Shown: piece by piece, positions 20,001 through 32,144 of the stretch
Numbering within the stretch: position 1 is the first letter of the stretch
Layout of the letters: each line of letters begins with the position of its first letter
Source: Dictyostelium discoideum
Taxonomy: Eukaryota
Assembly: GCA_000004695.1 (NCBI GenBank)
Contig: CM000150.2
Span: 4,768,001 to 4,832,000 of the forward strand
Direction of reading: 5' to 3'
DNA length: 64,000 nucleotides
Notes under the pieces: model-generated
Seen by the model: only the letters and a program-made list of their open reading frames with translations
Told to the model about the DNA's origin: nothing
Databases searched by the model: none
Position numbers and translations under genes: made by a program

Positions 20001-22843
20001 TATGTGTTGTTGCAAATGAGAATTGTTCAATTATATAACGATCCATTTCACTCTTAAAATGTTTGAAACGATTGGTTCTTTCATCTGTAAGCAAACCCAT
20101 TACAAATACGATTGTATTATAAACACTTAGAGTATTTGGATCAGGTTTACCACCAACTTTACCTTCATTTGAATACATATCGAAAATTGAAAGTAAACTA
20201 TCTAAAATCTTATTTAAATTTCTCATAATTTGAATTGTATCAACAAATTTGAAACGATCTAATAAATTTGATAATATATTTTTATTATTTTTCCAATCAA
20301 TTAATTGAATAACTGAAGAATGTTGAATGAAATCACTTGAATGTAATAAAGTTTTAACTTTTAATGATTCACCTTTTTTTAATGATGATGATTCTTTTGA
20401 CGATGATGATGATACCGATGATGATGATAATGATAATGAAGAAGATGATGATGAAGAAAGTAATGAAGATTTATTTAAATTTAATCCACTCTTTGATGAT
20501 GTTGTTGGTGATGATTCACCACCACCACTACTACCTTCACCATTACCAATACCAATTTGACTATTTAAATCTATATATGATTGAAGTGGTAAATTATCCA
20601 TTGAATTTAATTTATAGATTGAAATTGAATGATCACCATTTGAAATTACGGTTGAATTATCATTACCTAATTTTAAGAAACTAAAACCAACCAATGAATT
20701 CTTTTCTTTACTTGAAGAGTTTGAACGATTTTTAATAAAGAATAAAACATGAGCTCTTGGGAAATGAGTTTCAGAAATATTGAAATGAATTGATTCATTC
20801 CAAATGGTAGTACCATTACTATTGAGTGGACAAGTGGATGAACGAATCTCACTAACAAATGTACCATTGGCACTATCACCTAAAGACATACAATTTTGAA
20901 GGTATTCACCATCATCCAATCTAACTCTAACGATAACTTCCATTTTCTTACCTTGAGTAAATTTACCACTATCCAATGTTAAATAGAATTTATGAATTTT
21001 CTCTGCAAATACAAGTTTATGTTCTAATTTTTCAACTTTTACAATCTTTTGGAATTGTGGGAATTTATTTGAGAAAACATCGAATCCAATATCATAGAAA
21101 CTCAATGAAATTGGTAAAATCGATTGAGGTAAACCACTTGTTACCTTTGGTACCATTTCCAAGTGTTTTTTAATTTCTTCATCCGAGTTTTTCATTAAAA
21201 AGTCTGGAATTTGTGAAATTGATAAATCGGTTGAAGAGGTTGAATAAAATTGAAGTACACCTTGTCTCTCTAAAGCAATTTGATTTTCAACCACTAAATT
21301 TGGTATTGAAATACAAGCGAATGCATAAGGTCTTCTAAAATCAACGTTTGTACCTTTCTTTAGAGTTGATTCATCTAAATCTTTGAATGGACCTTTACGA
21401 ACTACTTTACAAAGGAAACAAATATCTTCGGTAATATCTGATGGTTCAATATTTTTAAAAATACATTTAAATGATACAATTGATGATGATGTTGATGGTA
21501 AAACTGATTCCCATTCAACTTGAACTTGTTCAGTTATATAACGTGATTGTGAAAAATTATATAATGAAAAATAAAATTCGAAATTCTTTTTTGGTGGTAA
21601 TGAACATTTATTAAATTTAATATCACAAATTATTTGACCATATTCCCATTGTTTTTTAATTCCATTATTATTACCATTATTATCAGTAGAATTATTAATA
21701 CTACTACGATCATTTAAATTTAATAATGATGATGATGATGTATTATTTGGTTGTGATGTTCCTAATTGTAAAAATGATTTCGATGATGATGATGATGATG
21801 ATGAATTCGATGAACCTAATTGTAAAAATGAACCAGATGATGCTAAAATTGATGAAGAAGGTGAAGAAGAGGAGGAAGAGGCGGAAGAAGAAGAAGATGA
21901 TGATGAAGATGATGATGAATCTTTTGTATTTTTCTTTTCATTCATTTGATAATGATATCTTAATAATTTCATTGGCGATTCATTTTCTGATGTTACAATA
22001 TTACCGTTATCATTTATAATATAGAATTCATTTGAAAGGAAAGCTCTTGTAATTTCAATTTCTTTATAGAGTGTAACTTCTAATTCTGGATTTGGTGTTA
22101 TACTATTTAATAATTGTTCACGTACAGTTTGTAATGATTTAACTCTATCTCTTAGAATTAATTGATTCTTTTCAATTTGTTTCTCTGAAATTTTTAATGA
22201 ACTTGTTGTACTATTTGAACGTGGTGATGATTGATTATTTGCAAATAATTCTGGATCCATTAATTGTTCAGAGACTTCAATGACAACATCTAAAAGATTA
22301 CCAAATAGAATATATTCTCTCTCGGTTATATTTCTAACAGAATCAGATGGAAATTCTAATTTCTCACCCCATCCATCTAAACCAACTTTAACTCTACCTA
22401 CATAAGTAGTGGTGGTGGTGGCTGCGGATTGTTTTTTCTCCAATATACATAATACATCACCTCTAATAACAGTATAATTATTATTTGTTCTAATGTCTTT
22501 AATTGCAACCACTTTTTGTGAATCTAATGGTGGTTCATTTTCTTTTGGATAAAGATTTTTTGTATTTGATAGAGAAAACGATGCAGTTTTATAACCATTA
22601 CATCCTAAATAAGTATCCTTTTCACCTTTTTCTTTAATCTCTAAAACATCACCACGTACAACTGATAATGAGGAGAAATCACCTTTTCTATTTGATAAAA
22701 CTCTAACATATTCTTTAGATTTCATTTCTTCTTGTATCTTTTTACTTGATTTCTTTGATATTTCATTACTTAATATTTCATTAATTTCATTTGTAACTAT
22801 TGGTTTAGTAGTTGAAGTAGTTGGTTGATTATTATTATTATTA

Positions 22844-22884
<41 letters not shown>

Positions 22885-23836
22885 GATTGCAATTGATTTT
22901 GGTCTTATTGTTGAAGTTACAGAAGCTTCTGATTGTTGTTCATCTTTTGATGCAATTGGTGGTAATACATAAACTAAAAGTTGTGGATTAGTTGGTGATA
23001 TTGTAGTTGGGCTTGTTGGTGATGGTGTTGATAAATTTTCATTGGTTGATGGTGACTTTCGAATTGGTGTTGTAGATGTAGTTGGTGTTGTTGTTGTAGT
23101 TGTAGCAACATTAGCAGATGTTGTAGTTGTTGCTGCGATCTCTGCTAAATTTTCATTTGATGATGGAGATTTTCTAATTGGTGCTGCACCTTTAAATGAT
23201 GGAGTTGTTGGAGCAGATGTAGATCCTGCTGGTTTAACAAAAACTCTGTTGGCTGGTTTTAATCCTGGTGTAGTTGGTTGTGAAATTGATGCTTGTTGTA
23301 ATCCTGAAGGAGGAGGAGTTGTACTTGTTGTGGGTGTAGATGATCCAATTGGTTTTAAAGTTGGTGAAATTTTAAAAGTTGATGGTTTTGGTGCTGATGT
23401 ACTTGTAATTACTGGTGATGTAGATGGAGTTGATGATGCTGATGATGATGATGCTGAAGTTTGTGGTGTTTCTTGAGGTTTATTTGCTCCTTCTGCTGAT
23501 GTAGATGTAAATGTTGGTGGTGTGGTAGATGTTGGTGTTGCTGCAGATTTTTTTACAATTTTAAAATTTGGTACGACTTTTGGAGGTACTGTTTCTGCAG
23601 CTGGTTTGTTAAACATTCCTTGAAGTTTACTTATTGAGCCAACTGGTTTTGGTACTATAATTATTATTTTATAGTTTTATTTTATTTTATTTATTTTATT
23701 TTTGGATTTTTTATTTTTTTATTTTTATTATTTTTTTATTTTTATTTTTGAATTTAATTTTTATAATTAGAATATAATAAAAAAAAATAAAAAATAAAAA
23801 AATTAATAATTAATAATTACCTTGTTGATCAGCCAT
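17053..23836 (-). CDS. DOCK-family (Dock180/zizimin-type) Rho-GEF with DHR-1 and DHR-2 regions. Exons 23654-18763 and 18675-17053, plus a putative 16-nt first exon 23836-23821 (MADQQ).
   Basis: DHR-2-like C-terminus: ...RTIATLKMMEYFKDRKDTYIKYLYELLNQHLTNGYYTEAGFAIILHSDLYEW ... SLYKEAFYQVPEPYRPQKPF. DHR-1-like segment: HVLFFIKNRSNSSSKEKNSLVGFSFLKLG. The two ORF-track pieces join through an 87-bp intron (TTA|gtaagt ... aaaaatag|AATGGT) at phase 0. The upstream M-A-D-Q-Q G|gtaatt exon joins to ..ttatag|TACCAAAACC without a stop, but this is less certain. Confidence 0.72.
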
Positions 23837-23870
23837 TTTATTTTAACTCTTGATTATTTATTTTCTTGGT

Positions 23871-23930
23871 TATATTTTTTTCTTGGTTATATTTTTTTCT
23901 TGGTTATATTTTTTAAAAAATAATAAAAAT
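23871..23930. repeat. Three tandem copies of TCTTGGTTATATTTTTT, just upstream of the DOCK gene start.
   Basis: Direct tandem repeat visible in the sequence. Confidence 0.85.
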
Positions 23931-24166
23931 GATTTTATTTCATATGACAAACCACATGCGCAAAGATAAATGAAAAAAATAATAAAAAAAGGTTTTTTTT
24001 CTTTTTCTTTTTCTTTTTTTTTTTTTTTCTTTTTCTTTTTTTTTTTTTTTTTCTTTTTTTCCTGATTACAAAGGAACTATGTATAAAAAAAAAAATAAAA
24101 AAAATAAATAAATAATAAATAAAAAAAAATTTTTTTTTTTACAAAATTGAATTGATTAAATAAAAC

Positions 24167-24200
<34 letters not shown>

Positions 24201-25276
24201 TTTTTTCTTTTGACAAAAAAAAAAAAAAAAAAAAATCACGCTGTTACTTTGGAAAATATCTAAAAAATAAAAAATAAAAAAAAAAATAAAATAAATTATA
24301 AAATAAAATAAAATAAAAAAAAAAAAATAAAAAAAAAAAAGTTAAAAAATTTTTGCGATTTGATCGAAATTATGGATACACAGTAGAAAACCAGCATACT
24401 CCTAAAATTTTTTTTTTTTATTTTTTTATTTTTTTTTTTTAAATTTTTTTATTTTTTTTATTATAGACTTGGAATTATTACATTCTTAAGAATATTAATC
24501 TTTGTAAAATTTGTATGATTTTTATATACAAAAATATTGATTTACTCCCTGCTATTGTTCTTTAACTAAAATAATTGTAAAGAGATGTATAACATTAGAT
24601 AGATTAAACATCTTTATACCTCAATTTGAAAATTTGAAAAAAAAAATTTTAAAAAAAAATTTCAAAATAAATAGATTAAGATGTGTTGAGTTTATTAATT
24701 TTCGTAGGGATATAAAAAAAAAAAAAAAAAAAAAAAATAAAAAAATAAAATGGGGTTAATTAATTAATTTTCGTGTGGACATATCTTTCTGTTTCAAAAA
24801 TTATAAAATTTAAAAATAAAATTTTAAATCACAATGATATTATTTAAAAATAAAATAATTTATTATAATAATAAAATTGATAATTAAAATAATCAAAACA
24901 AAACATATTATGATTTTTATTTTTTTTTTTTTTTTTTTATACAAAAAAGGTTTTTTTTTTTTTTTTTATTTTTTTTATTTTTTTTTTTTTTTTTTTGGTA
25001 ATGTTTTTGTGTTGTTTAATTATTATTATTATTATTTTATTATTATTATATTCATTATTATTCTAATTTTTATTACTTTTTATATGTGAATTATTATCGA
25101 TTCTTTGATTAAAATGATTATTATTATTTTTATTATTATTATTTTTCACACTGATTTTTTTCTTTTTTATTTTATTTATTTTTTTTTTTTATTAATAAAA
25201 AAAAAAAAAAAGATAAATAAAATTATTTTATTTAATTTTTTAATTTTTTAATTATTTAATTTTTTTATTTATTTAT

Positions 25277-25771
25277 TTAAGTATTCCAAGCTAAATAAAA
25301 ATCGGATACAAGTTTTCTACAAATTGAACATTGTGGATGTGAGGTTTTCTTAATTAATGTTGCACATCTTGCGCATAATCGATGACCGCATTCTCTCCAA
25401 CATACTTGTTTTTCATTTTCTTCACAAATATGACAAAATTTTTCACGCTCCAAATCAGTTTGCATCTTTTCCATTCTATCGTTTATATTGTTAATTTGAT
25501 TACCAACCCAAACACGCAAGTCTCTATTTTCACCTCTAAGATTTGAATTCTCTCTTAATAGTAATAGATTTTGTTCCTCCAAAGGTAATGGCTCACCATT
25601 TTTATTCTTTAATTTTACATGTTGAACATTTGATGGTGGAGGTGGTGTTATTGGTAAGAATGAAGATGAAGTTGTAGTTGTTGTAGTTGTTGTTGTAGTA
25701 GTTTGTTGAACATGGTTATGATGATTATTATTATTATGGCTATGGTTATGGTTATGATGGATATGGTTATT

Positions 25772-25814
<43 letters not shown>

Positions 25815-26092
25815 GGTGGTGGAATGACATCTTGGTTTATATAATTGTATTGATTAAAATTATCTACACCATTTTCAGCATTATTATTCTCAAAGGCACC
25901 TGCTGGTCCTATACCAATTTCATCATCTGATGTTAAAAAATAATAAGCCAAACCAAGTCCTGCCACAATTGTCGTCCACAAGTATGGCGATTTTAAATGT
26001 TCTTTTAAGTCAAAATTTAATACACTTTCAACTTTTATTGGTGCACCTTTTGTAAAATATTTAAATGCAAAATCTTCTTCCAATGGATCCAT
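25277..26092 (-). CDS. Membrane-anchored RING-finger (C3HC4) E3 ubiquitin-ligase-like protein, 271 aa.
   Basis: One predicted TM helix (LWTTIVAGLGLAYYFL), polyQ and polyT linkers, a coiled-coil-like stretch, and a C-terminal RING: CHICEENEKQVCWRECGHRLCARCATLIKKTSHPQCSICRK. Confidence 0.75.
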
Positions 26093-27071
26093 GATTGTTA
26101 TTTTAAAAAAGTTGTTATTATTGAATAATAAATTTTATTGTTCGCTTTAATTTTTCTCTTTTTTTTTTTTTTTCTTTTTTTTCTTTTTTTTTCTTTTTTT
26201 TTTTTTTTTGATATATACTCCGTTTGAAAGAAATTTTGTTGTGTTTTTATTTTATTATTTTAATTTTTTTAATATATACAAATAATTTTACAAATTTTTT
26301 TTTTTAATATAAAAAAAAAAAAAAAAAAAAAACCAATTAAAAAATATAAAAATTGTTATTGGCGATACATAAAAAAAATATTGGGCAGAAAAAAAAAAAA
26401 TGTTAAATGAAATAATTTCTAAAAGAATAGAGAAAAAAAAAAAAAAAAATTATTAAAACTGGTTAATTTATTATTATTATTATTTTTATTATCACAAAAA
26501 AAAAAAAAAAAAAAAAAAAAAGAAAAATAATTTAAATTGTTTCCAATAAAATGAGAAAAAATAAAAAAATAAAAAATAAAATATAAAAAAAAAAAAATAA
26601 AAATAATGAAAATAATTAAAAAAAACAAATAAAATTAATTTAAATTAATTTTTTATGTGTTTGTTTTTTAGTATGTTAGTGAATCAAAAAAATAAAATAA
26701 AATTAAATAAAATAAAATAAAATAAAATAAAAATAAAAAAAATAAAAAAAAAAAAAAAATAAATAATGTGTTAAAATACTTACATATATATAAAAAATGA
26801 AAAATAAGTTGTATTTTTTTTTTTTCTTTTTTAAAAAAATGAGATATATAATTGGTTTCAAAACCTTTTTTTTTTTTTTTTTTTGTGTGATTAAAAAAAA
26901 TAAAAAAAAATAAAATAAAAATTAAATTTATTATAATAAAATTGAAAAAAAATAAAAAATAAAAAAAAATAAAAAAAAAAAAAAATAAAAAAAGGTTTTT
27001 TTTTTATTTTTTTTATTAATTTTTCAAAACCCAAAAAAAGGTTAAAAAAAAAAAATAAAAAAAAAAAAAAA

Positions 27072-27650
27072 ATGATTAGATCCAGAAATTCAAATCCAAA
27101 TAGATTGAAAAATCTATTTTTAAACAAATATAGCTTTTTCTTATTTATTACAATTATATTATATTATTATTTTTCTTTTAATATTCAAAAGACAATTGAT
27201 CACCAACCAATTACAGTCCACTCAGAAACACAACCACAACAAAAAGAACCAATAAATAAATTACAATATGTTCAAAAATTAATTGATGATAATAAATTAA
27301 TAATATTTTCAAAAACTTATTGTGGCTTTTCAAAGAGAATTAAACAATTATTTAAAACAATTGATGGTGTAACACCAATGATTGTTGAATTGGATATAAT
27401 AGATGATGGAACTGAAATTCAATCAATTTTAAGTGGAATATCAAACATTCGTACAGTTCCTCAACTTTTTATTAATGGTAAATTCATTGGTGGAAATGAT
27501 GGTAAGTTTTTTTTATTTTATTTTTGGAAGAAAAAACTTTTACTAACTTGGAATTTTTTTTTTTTTCCCAAAAATAAATAATTAGCAACTCAACAATTAC
27601 ATTCAGAAGGAAAACTGATACCTTTATTAAAGGAAGCAAATCTTTTATAG
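27072..27650 (+). CDS. Glutaredoxin with a CGFS (monothiol-type) active site and an N-terminal hydrophobic anchor or signal. 2 exons: 27072-27501 and 27586-27650.
   Basis: LIIFSKTYCGFSKRIKQLF...TVPQLFINGKFIGGND|ATQQLHSEGKLIPLLKEANLL is the glutaredoxin fold (TVPQxFI, GG). The donor is G|gtaagt and the acceptor is ..aattag|CA. A TACTAAC element lies in the intron. Confidence 0.8.
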
Positions 27651-27726
27651 TTTTTTTTTTTTTTTTTTTTTTTAAATTTTAATATAAAATGTTTATTTAC
27701 AGGATTGATTGACTGAATGAATGTGT

Positions 27727-27787
<61 letters not shown>

Positions 27788-27839
27788 CTTTTTTAAATGT
27801 ATTACTACTTAATTGAGGACAATATATGATGAAGTTTCA

Positions 27840-30574
27840 CTAATCCCAACTTTCTTCAATGGTTGGAATATCAGATAATGTATCTAATAATGGATTACCA
27901 CTAGAGTCAGTTGTTGATGTAGTTGTGGTTGAATTACTTGAGTTAACACGATGTTGTTCAATTGGTTCATTTGGAGCACTAGAAGCAGTTGAAGAGGCAG
28001 TGGTGGCAGAGTTGTTATTGTTGTTATTATTATTATTATTGTTGTTATTACTGCTGTTATTATTATTATTACTACTTGTAGTAGTATTATTGAATTTACT
28101 AGTGAATGGTGGAGTTGAAATTGTTGGATTTTCTTCATGAGCATTTGCAAGTCTATGAACTTCATCTTTAACAGATTCTTTAATATCTTCTCTGAGATAT
28201 TCTTTTAATTCATCATTAAATTCTTTTTTGAAACCATCACGAATCTCATGATTTGGATCATCAACACCCAATTGATTCTCCCAATCATCGATTTGTTCAT
28301 TGAGTTCTTCTTCCACTTCACTATCGGATAATTCATCAATGATTTCATCTATTTCTTTATCCATTTCCTCTTCAAATTCTTGTTTATTGAATTTCTTTTC
28401 TTGATTATTGTTTAATTCTTTTTCATTTTCCAATTTCTCTTCAATTTCATTCTCATCTTGAACTAAATCATCATCAATTAATGATTTTGCTTCTTTTAAT
28501 TCATTCTCTTGTTTTAATTCCTTTTCAACTTGATCTGATAGATCGAATTCATTCAAATGATTTAATTTATCATTTTCTTCAACTGGATCAAATGAGAATG
28601 AAATCTTTGGTTTTAATTCCTCTTCTTCTTCTTCCTTTGGTTCTTCTTCTGGTTCTTCATTTTCTTCTTCTTCTTCTTCTTCTTCTTCTGGTTCTTCTTC
28701 TTCCTCTTCCTCTGGTACAACTTCATCATTCATTATATTATTATTTAATAATTGAGGAACCATTACATCATTATCATCACCATCAAATTCTTGATCTTCT
28801 TGTTCACTTTCATCAAGAATTCTTCTTTTTAAAATTTCATTTTCAATTTCTTTTTCCAATTGTTTTTGTAATTTTTGTTCTTCAATTCTTTCAATTTCTT
28901 GTTCTAATTGATCGATAATACCTTGTTCATTTTCTTTTTCAATTTGTTGTTCACCAAATTCTTCATCATTATCTTCTTGTTCTTCTTGTTCTTCTTCCTG
29001 TTCTTCTTCCTGTTCTTCTTCTTGTTCTTCTTCTTGTTCTTCTTCTTGTTCTTCTTCTTCTTCTTGTTCACTTTCTTCTTGTCTTCTCTTTTTAATTTCG
29101 GTTTCAATTTCTTTTTCTAATTGTTTTTGAATTTCTTGTTCTTCTTCTTTTTCCATTTGACTATCTAATTCATCAACAATGTTTTGATCTTCTTTACTTA
29201 ATTTTTGATAATTTAATTCTTTTGGTTTTAAATCTTTAATTGTATCAAATGAAAGAGGAATATTTGCAGTACGTTTTGAAAGAATAGGTTTAACATCAAT
29301 TTGCATTGGTGATTGTTCAACTACACCCAAGGTATGAGATGGAAATTGTGGATGATGTTTCATTGCTGATTTTTCAACTTTTTTACTTTGTTTTGGACTT
29401 GCAATTGTTGATTCAGATTTTGATTTTGATAAATTGAAACGAACACTCTTACGAGGGACAAATGCATTGGCAGTTGGTTTTAAAACTGATGTTGATTTAT
29501 TCATATTTCTTAATTGTGTTAAACGACTACCACCAGTATTTGATTGTAATTGTTGTTGTTGTTGTTGTTGTAGTTGTTGAAGTTGTTGTGGTGATTGTTG
29601 TAGTTGTTGTTGTTGTTGATTTTTAACACCACCATGTTCTTTATAATAACTATGGATACATTCATCTAATAGAATTGGGAATAAATGTTTAATTGCTCTT
29701 GGAATGTGTTCTTTACCTTTAACATTTTTATTCCAAATATGAATCATGTTGAAATCCATTCCTTGTTTCTTTCTAATTGAAATTCCACAAATATCATCAT
29801 TATCTTGTAAATATGAACTAAATTGTTCACCAATAACGGATAAAACCAATTCATTCCAAACTTCATCTCTTTTTTAATTTAAAAAAAAAAAAAAAAATAA
29901 TTAATAACATTTTAAATTATTTTTTATTTTATTTATTTCTTTCTTAATCAAATAAACTTACGTTTGGTGTTTTTTAACCTTCATTACAAATTCACCACCA
30001 TCTTGATTCTCTTCCCAAATTGGACGTGTTCCTTTTTTAAATAGATGAAAGCATGAATTATTTGGTAATTTGGATAAACTTGGGATTATATTGAAACAAT
30101 TCCAAAAAGCCTTTTGTTTTTATTTTTTAAAAAAAAAAAAAAAAAAAAAATAAAATAAAATATATAAAAATAATTAATTAAAATAATAATAATAAAAAAA
30201 AATTAGTATTTGTTTATTTTATTAAATTATTTATAATTTTTATTTTTAAAAAAAATAAAAATAAACAGTAAAAAAAAAAAAAAAAAAAAAAAATTAATTA
30301 ATTAATACATTACTTGAATTGTTGAAAATGAATTTAATTGAGTTAATGCATTTAAATATTCATCAATTGAGGCAACTGAATTATTATTATTTGTGTAATG
30401 ATCTTCCCAAAATGACCATTCATTTTCTAATACTAATTCTTCATGAACATCTTTATGTTGAAGTGGTTGAGGATTTTCAGATGATAATTGTTGAGGTTGA
30501 TGTTCTTGAGCGATGAAAATTTGTTTCTTTTTTTTATTTTCCTTATCAGTGAAACTATTTAAAAATATTTCAGT

Positions 30575-30577
<3 letters not shown>
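27840..30577 (-). CDS. eIF4E-family cap-binding protein with a roughly 560-aa acidic low-complexity C-terminal extension. 3 exons: 30577-30314, 30110-29962, 29868-27840.
   Basis: The exons join as ...LENEWSFWEDHY...FSTIQ|KAFWNCFNIIPSLSKLPNNSCFHLFKKGTRPIWEENQDGGEFVMKVKKHQT|DEVWNELVLSVIGEQFSS...ICGISIRKKQGMDFNMIHIWNKN. These carry the conserved Trp positions and the (S/T)xxxLFKxGIxPxWED and GGxW motifs of eIF4E. The same exon then runs on through polyQ, EQEEE repeats and E/K-rich coiled-coil-like sequence to the stop at 27840. Confidence 0.78.
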
Positions 30578-30607
<30 letters not shown>

Positions 30608-32033
30608 TATTTTTAAAATTTATAATTATTTCTATAATTTCAAAAAAAAAAATATATTTAAATTTTTTATTTCTATTATTCTTTTTTTTTTATTTTATAT
30701 TTTTTTTTTTAAAAAATAAAAAAATTGTTTAAAAAAAAACCTTTTAATTTTATGGAATCTTTAAAAAAAAAAAAAAAAAATTAATTAAAAAATTAAAAAT
30801 AAAAAAATTAAAAAAAAAAAAATTAAAAAAAGGAAATAATTTCATTATTTTACTTATAAAAGAAAAAAAAATTCAAGATCTGGAATTAAGAAATTTAAGT
30901 TTGAGGTCCTTTTTTCATTTAAGTGAATTTATAAAATCTACATCAAACCCCCTTTTAAAAATCATATATATATTTTAAAAATAATATTAAATGGAAATTT
31001 ATTATAATTGATAATTAATATCATTTTTTTTTTTTTATTTTTTTTTATTTTTTTTTATTTGTTAAAATTTAAATAGATTATAAAGAATTGTTTTAATAAA
31101 AAAAAAAACAAAAAAAAAAAAATTATAATAAAAAAAGATAAAATAGTTATTTTTTAGTTTTATTTATTAAAAAAAAAAATTTGATTTTTCTTAATTAATT
31201 CAAATGTTTATGGTATAATAATTTTTTTTTTTAAATAATTTTTTTTTTACTTTTTATTATTTTATTAATCTTGTGATAGAAAAAAAAAAAAAGAAATGTA
31301 AATTCATTTATTATTTTTTATCTAAATTTCTATAAATATCAGCTTGATTAAAATAAATTAAAAACAGTGTTTAATGAATTATTTTTCAATGTTAATAAAA
31401 ATTTGACATATGAAAACTTTTTATTTTTAGAATTTTTTAAATCTGGATTATTTTATTATTTTTTTTATATTATTTTTTTCCAACACCCCACACTAGCCAA
31501 ATTTGACATTAAAAAAATAATAATAAATACACCAATCAAATAAAAAATTTTTTTTTTTTTGTTTTTATATCTATAAATTAAATAATTGAAAAAAAATATC
31601 TAATAAAAAAAAACTGAATGAATCTATTTCCTGGTCATTGTTTTTAAAAGAAATGTGTTATTAGTTTTTTAATTTTCATTTGCTCAATATATAAAAAAAA
31701 AGATAATAATAATTTTAAATTTTTTTTTTTTTTATCCAAAAAATACTTAGGATAATTTAATTTTTTTTATTTTTCATTTTTTAATATTAATTCATTTTTT
31801 ATTATTCAGTTGTATATTTTTTTATTTTTTAAAAAAAAAAAAATAATTTAAATTTTCGCCACATCAATTTATAAATCAAACTTAAAAAAAAAAAAAAAAA
31901 AGTGGTGTTTTTTAATTTTTAATTTTTATATTTCTTACCTACTATTAAAATTCGCCCATCATATGAAATTAAAAAAGATAAATTAAACATCTTATTTATT
32001 TAATTTATAATAGTCCAGATTTTCCATTTTCCA

Positions 32034-32077
<44 letters not shown>

Positions 32078-32144
32078 AATTTTTTTTTTTTTTTATGTTT
32101 CACTTTTCATTATTTTCATTTTGTGAAATTAAAAAATAATCACA

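Noticed and set aside
20327-22019. Short plus-strand ORFs (20327-20560, 20364-20684, 20976-21173, 21726-22019) and minus-strand 20673-20879.
   Set aside because: They lie entirely inside the DOCK CDS, antisense or out of frame, and are M-, D- or K-rich from GAT and ATG repeats. No support.
27859-29120. ORFs 27859-28140 plus strand, 27884-28165 minus strand, 28481-28918 plus strand, 28904-29107 minus strand, 28908-29120 plus strand.
   Set aside because: They are antisense or alternative-frame readings of the E/Q/K-rich low-complexity tail of the eIF4E-like gene.
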